From: an uncultured Verrucomicrobiae bacterium
GTDB lineage: Bacteria > Verrucomicrobiota > Verrucomicrobiia > Chthoniobacterales > Chthoniobacteraceae
Length of the DNA: 64,000 nucleotides
Direction of reading: 5' to 3'
Assembly: GCA_963836755.1 (NCBI GenBank)
Contig: CAWIKF010000002.1
Span: forward strand, 1,824,001 to 1,888,000
The translations under genes and the position numbers were made by a program. The notes under the pieces are model-generated. The model made no database searches. It had not been told where the DNA came from and saw only the letters and a list, made by a program, of their open reading frames with translations. Of this stretch, positions 60,255 through 64,000 are shown one piece after another. The first letter of the stretch is position 1, and each line of letters opens with the position of its first letter.

Positions 60255-60719
60255 ATGCCATTCCGTATCTGCAAAAGTTTTGAGATTGAAAGCGGCCATA
60301 TGCTTTCAAAGCATCCGGAGAAGTGCCGGTTTCCTCATGGGCACACGCGGAAGATCGAGTTCACGTTGGAGGCGGATGAGCTGGATGAAAACGACATGGT
60401 TTGCGACTTCAAGGTCATCAAGGAATTGATGCACGAGTTTTTGGAAAGGTTGGATCATTCGATGTGTGTCAACACGGCCGATCCGAGATACGCGGAATTA
60501 AAAGCAGCCTATGGCGAGCGCATCATTGATTTTCAAAATGTCGATCCGACCACGGAGGTCATGACGAAGCGCATCTTTGATTCCTTCAACCAGAAGCTGG
60601 ATGAATATCGGCAAACTTCGGCAGAATCGTTTCCAGTGCGGGCGAATGTGCGCGTTGTAAAGGTGCGGCTTTGGGAGACGAGTTCCTCCTGGGCGGAATA
60701 TGCCGCAGAGAACTTTTGA
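60255..60719 (+). CDS. queD: 6-carboxytetrahydropterin synthase
   Basis: C..PHGH, DF, LDH, PTTE, WET. Confidence 0.93.
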   Translation: MPFRICKSFEIESGHMLSKHPEKCRFPHGHTRKIEFTLEADELDENDMVCDFKVIKELMHEFLERLDHSMCVNTADPRYAELKAAYGERIIDFQNVDPTTEVMTKRIFDSFNQKLDEYRQTSAESFPVRANVRVVKVRLWETSSSWAEYAAENF

Positions 60720-60826
60720 TTCGGTGGAAATTTGCCGCCGAAACACGCGCCAAATTTTTTCAAATGCTCGACAACGAAGGCGTTGCGCGGTAGTTTTCGT
60801 CGTCAGTTCCCATCACCCTATTTCTT

Positions 60827-62128
60827 ATGCCTAGATTCAATTACGTTGCGCTCGACGCGCGCGGTCTGGAGTCGGTCGGAATGCTCGAGGCTGGCTCTTC
60901 CAATGATGTAGTAGCTCAGTTGCGGCAAGCGGGTTTTTTCCCGACGAGCGTTGTCGAGGAAGGGAAGGGGCCCAAGCCGGCAAAAGCTCCAAAGGCCGGC
61001 AAGGCGGTCAAAGTGGCAAGCTCGGCGCCGGCGACGAAAAAAGGGGGTATCACTCTCTTCAAAAAATCGACGGTCAAAGGAAAGACGCTGATGATTTTTA
61101 CGCGGCAGCTTGCGACTTTGATCGATGCGGGATTGCCGCTGCTGCGTGGGCTGACGGTGCTTTCAAAGCAGGAAAAAGATTTGGTGCTCAAGGGGACGAT
61201 TAATCACCTCGCGGATGCGGTGCAGGGAGGCAGCACATTTTCCGAAAGTCTCGCGCAGCATCCGAAGATTTTTAACAAGCTTTACATCAACATGGTGAAG
61301 GCCGGGGAACTCGGCGGCGTGCTGGAGCTGGTGTTGAACCGTCTCGCGGAATTCCAGGAAAAGGCGCAGAAGATCAAAAACAAAGTCGTCTCAGCGATGT
61401 TTTATCCGATCATCGTGCTGTTCATCGCGATCGCGATCATGGGATTTCTGCTCGTTTTCATCGTGCCGAAATTCGAGCAGATTTTTCATGACATGCTCGG
61501 CGGAAAACCGCTGCCGGCGATCACGCAGTTCGTCATCAACCTCAGCGATTTTTTCAAGGATCACTACCTCATTGTCTTCGGAATCGTCGCGGCTGTGGTG
61601 ATTTTCTATAAAATGTTTTCGCGCACGACGAACGGGCGCATCATCCTTGATCGCATCAAACTCAAGGCACCGGTCTTTGGCGATTTGATCCGCAAAAGTT
61701 CGGTGTCGCGCTTCACGCGCACGCTCGGCACGCTCGTCACAAGCGGCGTTCCGATTTTGCAGGCGCTGAATATCACGCGCGAAACCGCCGGCAATTCCGT
61801 CATCGCTGACGCCATCATGAAAGTTCATGACAGCGTGAAGGAAGGCGAGTCGATCGTCCATCCGCTTGAGGCGAGCGGCGTTTTCCCGCCGATGGTCATC
61901 AGCATGATCGATGTCGGCGAGGAAACTGGTCAGCTGCCGGAGATGCTTTTGAAAATCGCCGAAGTTTACGACGATGAAGTCGACAATGCCGTCACCGGGC
62001 TCACGTCGCTGTTGGAGCCGATCATGATCGTGTTCCTCGCGGTCGTCGTCGGCACCATCGTCATCGCGCTTTTCATGCCGCTGATCACGATCATCCAGAC
62101 GATGCAAGGCGGCGGAGGCGGAGGTTAG
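60827..62128 (+). CDS. pilC: Type IV pilus / T2SS inner membrane platform protein (PilC/GspF)
   Basis: FTRQLATLI.AG, AGE.GG.L, GEETG.L, EPIMIV. Confidence 0.93.
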   Translation: MPRFNYVALDARGLESVGMLEAGSSNDVVAQLRQAGFFPTSVVEEGKGPKPAKAPKAGKAVKVASSAPATKKGGITLFKKSTVKGKTLMIFTRQLATLIDAGLPLLRGLTVLSKQEKDLVLKGTINHLADAVQGGSTFSESLAQHPKIFNKLYINMVKAGELGGVLELVLNRLAEFQEKAQKIKNKVVSAMFYPIIVLFIAIAIMGFLLVFIVPKFEQIFHDMLGGKPLPAITQFVINLSDFFKDHYLIVFGIVAAVVIFYKMFSRTTNGRIILDRIKLKAPVFGDLIRKSSVSRFTRTLGTLVTSGVPILQALNITRETAGNSVIADAIMKVHDSVKEGESIVHPLEASGVFPPMVISMIDVGEETGQLPEMLLKIAEVYDDEVDNAVTGLTSLLEPIMIVFLAVVVGTIVIALFMPLITIIQTMQGGGGGG

Positions 62129-62130
62129 AA

Positions 62131-62859
62131 ATGGTTTTGCGAATTCATCGTCGCAGCGGTTTCACGCTGGTGGAACTGCTGACTGTCATGGCAATCATCG
62201 CCATTCTTGCCGCGCTGACTTTGCAGGTCTCCGGATACGTGCAAAGAAAAGCAGCCTCGGCGCGCGCAGAAGCTGAGATCAAGGCGATGGAAGCTGCGTG
62301 CGAAGCCTACAAATCGGACAATGGAATTTACCCTGGCGGCCCCACGTCGGTAATGACGGTCGGCACCACGAGCATTCCGGCCTTTGTCACCGGTGGCCAA
62401 ACTACTTCCGATGGTAAGCCATCGGCTACCACGTCCCTAGATCCGCGTGTGAGCGGTGATCCCAGCCAGAGCAGCACTCCCTCCTACGCACAGACGAGCC
62501 TTTATCTTTATACACAACTTAGCGGGGACCTCAATGGCGACGGAGCGATCGACAGCAAGGACGCCACCGCCAATGGAGGCACTACACCGAAAAGTTACAT
62601 GGAGTTCAAGCCGAACCAACTCACGCGCGCCACATCCACGAGCGCCATTAGCGCGAGCAATCCTGTCCTTTCCATCCAGGACCCTTGGGGATCAAGCTAT
62701 GGCTATTCGACGGTTGGCGCCACGCAGATCGCGCAGGGAATTACCCAGACGATGGGCTACAATCCGACGTTCGATCTCTGGAGCACCTCCGGCAAAACGA
62801 CCACGCCCGTCCCCGGATCGACGACGGACATTACGCTCCAGTGGATTAAAAACTGGTAA
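62131..62859 (+). CDS. Prepilin-type / pseudopilin protein
   Basis: GFTLVELL N-methylation motif, DPWG. Confidence 0.9.
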   Translation: MVLRIHRRSGFTLVELLTVMAIIAILAALTLQVSGYVQRKAASARAEAEIKAMEAACEAYKSDNGIYPGGPTSVMTVGTTSIPAFVTGGQTTSDGKPSATTSLDPRVSGDPSQSSTPSYAQTSLYLYTQLSGDLNGDGAIDSKDATANGGTTPKSYMEFKPNQLTRATSTSAISASNPVLSIQDPWGSSYGYSTVGATQIAQGITQTMGYNPTFDLWSTSGKTTTPVPGSTTDITLQWIKNW

Positions 62860-62877
62860 CTTTTTCCTGAGAAAAAG

Positions 62878-64000
62878 TTAGCTTCCGTGCGCCAGCGATG
62901 CGGCGAGAAAGCCCCTGAACATCGGGTGCGGTTGGTTCGGCTTTGACTTGAATTCCGGATGGAACTGGCACGCCAGAAACCATGGATGCCCATGCAATTC
63001 AATCAGCTCCACGAGTGCGCCATCGGGTGACATCCCGGAAATCACGAACCCGCGTTCGACGAATTGGTCGTGGTAGTTCATGTTGAATTCGTAGCGATGC
63101 CGGTGACGCTCGAAAATTTCCGTTGTGCCGTAAACGCGGTGCGCGAGCGTCCCTTCGCGAATTACAGTCGGCCATGTGCCGAGCCGCATCGACGCGCCTT
63201 TGTTCGTGACTTCGCGCTGTTCCTCGAGCAGGCAAATTACCGGATGCGGCGTCTCCATGTCGAACTCCGTGCTGTTCGCGCCATCGAGTCCGCAGACGTG
63301 CCGCGCGAATTCGATCGTCGCTACCTGCATGCCGAGGCAAAGGCCCAGATACGGCACCCTTTGTTCGCGCGCGAATCGCGCCGCCGCGATTTTTCCTTCC
63401 ACGCCACGGTCGCCGAAACCGCCCGGAACCACCACGCCCGCGACGTTTTTCAAAAACTTCTCTGCGCCCTCGGTCTCAATTTCCTGCGCATCCACTCGGA
63501 CCAGATCTATCCCACAGTCGTGAGCCGCCGCCGCGTGCGTGAGACTTTCGTAGATACTTTTGTAGGCGTCCTGCAGATCGATGTATTTCCCCACCACCGC
63601 GATCTTCACCCGCTTCTTCGGATTGATCACGCGCTGCACGAACCGCCGCCAATCCGTCGTGTCCGGCTGCGGCGTTTCCAGCCCGAGGATTCTACAAACC
63701 GTCTCGTCCAGCTTCTCGTGCTGCAGCATCAGCGGCATCTCATAAATCGTGTGATCCACATCGCGCGCCTCGATCACCGCGTGCAGCGGCACGTTGCAGA
63801 ATAGCGACAACTTTTGCCGCACCTCCTCCTCCAGCGGATGCTCGCAGCGGCAGACCAGCACCTGCGGCTGAATGCCGATCTCGCGCAATTTCGCGATGCT
63901 CTGCTGCGTCGGCTTCGTCTTCAATTCCCCCGCTGCCTTGATGTAAGGCACCAGCGTCACATGCAAAAACAGCACATTCGCCGCGCCCACCTCCAGCGTG
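62878..64000 (-). CDS. pyrG: CTP synthase (5' end outside the window)
   Basis: KTKPTQ.S, PGGFG.RG, GLCLGMQ, RHRHRYE, QFHPEF. Confidence 0.98.
   Translation of the reverse strand, partial: TLEVGAANVLFLHVTLVPYIKAAGELKTKPTQQSIAKLREIGIQPQVLVCRCEHPLEEEVRQKLSLFCNVPLHAVIEARDVDHTIYEMPLMLQHEKLDETVCRILGLETPQPDTTDWRRFVQRVINPKKRVKIAVVGKYIDLQDAYKSIYESLTHAAAAHDCGIDLVRVDAQEIETEGAEKFLKNVAGVVVPGGFGDRGVEGKIAAARFAREQRVPYLGLCLGMQVATIEFARHVCGLDGANSTEFDMETPHPVICLLEEQREVTNKGASMRLGTWPTVIREGTLAHRVYGTTEIFERHRHRYEFNMNYHDQFVERGFVISGMSPDGALVELIELHGHPWFLACQFHPEFKSKPNQPHPMFRGFLAASLAHGS

Noticed and set aside
58432..60719. Phage or dpd-type 7-deazaguanine DNA modification system
   Set aside because: It is 30 kb from the prophage among housekeeping genes, includes queF (tRNA queuosine route), and has no dpdA-like gene.

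Overview
The window has two parts. Left (1-~27,930): a siphovirus-like prophage ending at the 3' end of a tRNA-Ser(GGA) gene. Its other end, integrase and replication genes lie outside the window. It has a lambda-type terminase, portal and S49 protease, an epsilon15/BPP-1-like capsid and cement pair, and a non-contractile tail. Its late region carries a transglutaminase-like gene, two glycosyltransferase-like genes and a GH75-like hydrolase. Upstream sits a GHKL ATPase / Vsr / RHH / C5-methyltransferase module; this module and terS contain many single-base frameshifts, probably sequence errors. Right (~28,000-64,000): ordinary GC-rich chromosome (dnaK-groES-groEL, infA, FTR1, glgA, argS, trxA, mla, opp, accD, bioA, rsmB, queFCED, pilC, pyrG). 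The host is tentatively Verrucomicrobiota, inferred only from general protein style. The most unusual signals are non-coding and inside the prophage. (1) TTGACA sits 13-16 nt before the start codon of 11 late genes, with no -10 box or Shine-Dalgarno, and a sigma-region-4-like HTH protein is a candidate reader. (2) Two ~75-nt minus-strand elements share a 15-nt core inside covarying stems, each behind a 17-bp-spaced sigma70-like promoter, suggesting an unannotated sRNA family. (3) A ~600-bp intergenic segment carries five converging 12-bp repeats and perfect palindromes. All calls come from reading motifs by eye; no searches were run.
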